Source of the DNA: Takakia lepidozioides
Taxonomy: Eukaryota > Plantae > Bryophyta
Assembly (NCBI GenBank): GCA_030704615.1
Contig: CM060732.1
Span: 29,698,001 to 29,762,000, forward strand
DNA: 64,000 nt
Direction: 5' to 3'
Positions 63,734-64,000 of this stretch are shown in pieces (within the stretch, counting starts at the first letter, position 1; each line of letters starts with the position of its first letter). The translations under genes were made by a program, and so were the position numbers. Below the pieces are notes generated by a model, which searched no databases, was not told the origin of the DNA, and worked only from the letters and a program-made list of their open reading frames with translations.

Positions 63734-64000
63734 GCACAACACAACCTCATTACATTCGGGGTCTTCCTGTTTACTGCTCTCTAGGGTTGTTGTCGTCTTT
63801 CCATAATTGATGGTTTCATGTCATGTTTAGGGTTTGTTTTTCATCCAAATACAACACGGCTTCTTGTGGCTTCTTGTCACCCTAAACAGTTTTTCTGGTT
63901 GGTGACTCTCAGTGTGGTTGTCTGCGAAGTTCGGTGCATGTCATTCCTACATCCTTTGCAGGCATCGCCCACAGTCTTTGGGTTAGTGCTAACCTTATTG

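Overview
Eukaryotic nuclear DNA (GT-AG introns) from a land plant; a non-seed plant such as a bryophyte is my inference from the moss-like CONSTANS-like B-boxes, PLS-PPR remnants and TE types. The window is TE-dense. Host genes are a UPF0390-family gene and an Alba gene (both intact), a PLD-type PGS1 and a DCC-family oxidoreductase (one frameshift each), and a multiply disrupted PyrR riboflavin gene. TEs include hAT, piggyBac-like, Harbinger, CACTA, an RTE/RTEX-like LINE with a twin-priming-type inversion, a tRNA-derived SINE, and a ~6 kb palindromic satellite with higher-order structure. The main finding is an 11.4 kb Ty3/Gypsy element (X, 25066-36503, 4-bp TSD CAAC) nested in a relative (Y). 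Its Pol carries a C5 DNA methyltransferase between protease and RT and a PHD finger after the integrase. Its 5' region holds an antisense CONSTANS-like B-box gene remnant, and its primer-binding site is complementary to its own LTR. It has split or permuted terminal repeats (B...PPT-A-B-A) despite encoding a DDE integrase, which suggests integration of a 2-LTR circle opened inside the LTR. Families were recognised by eye from motifs; no database search was run, so novelty is unconfirmed.
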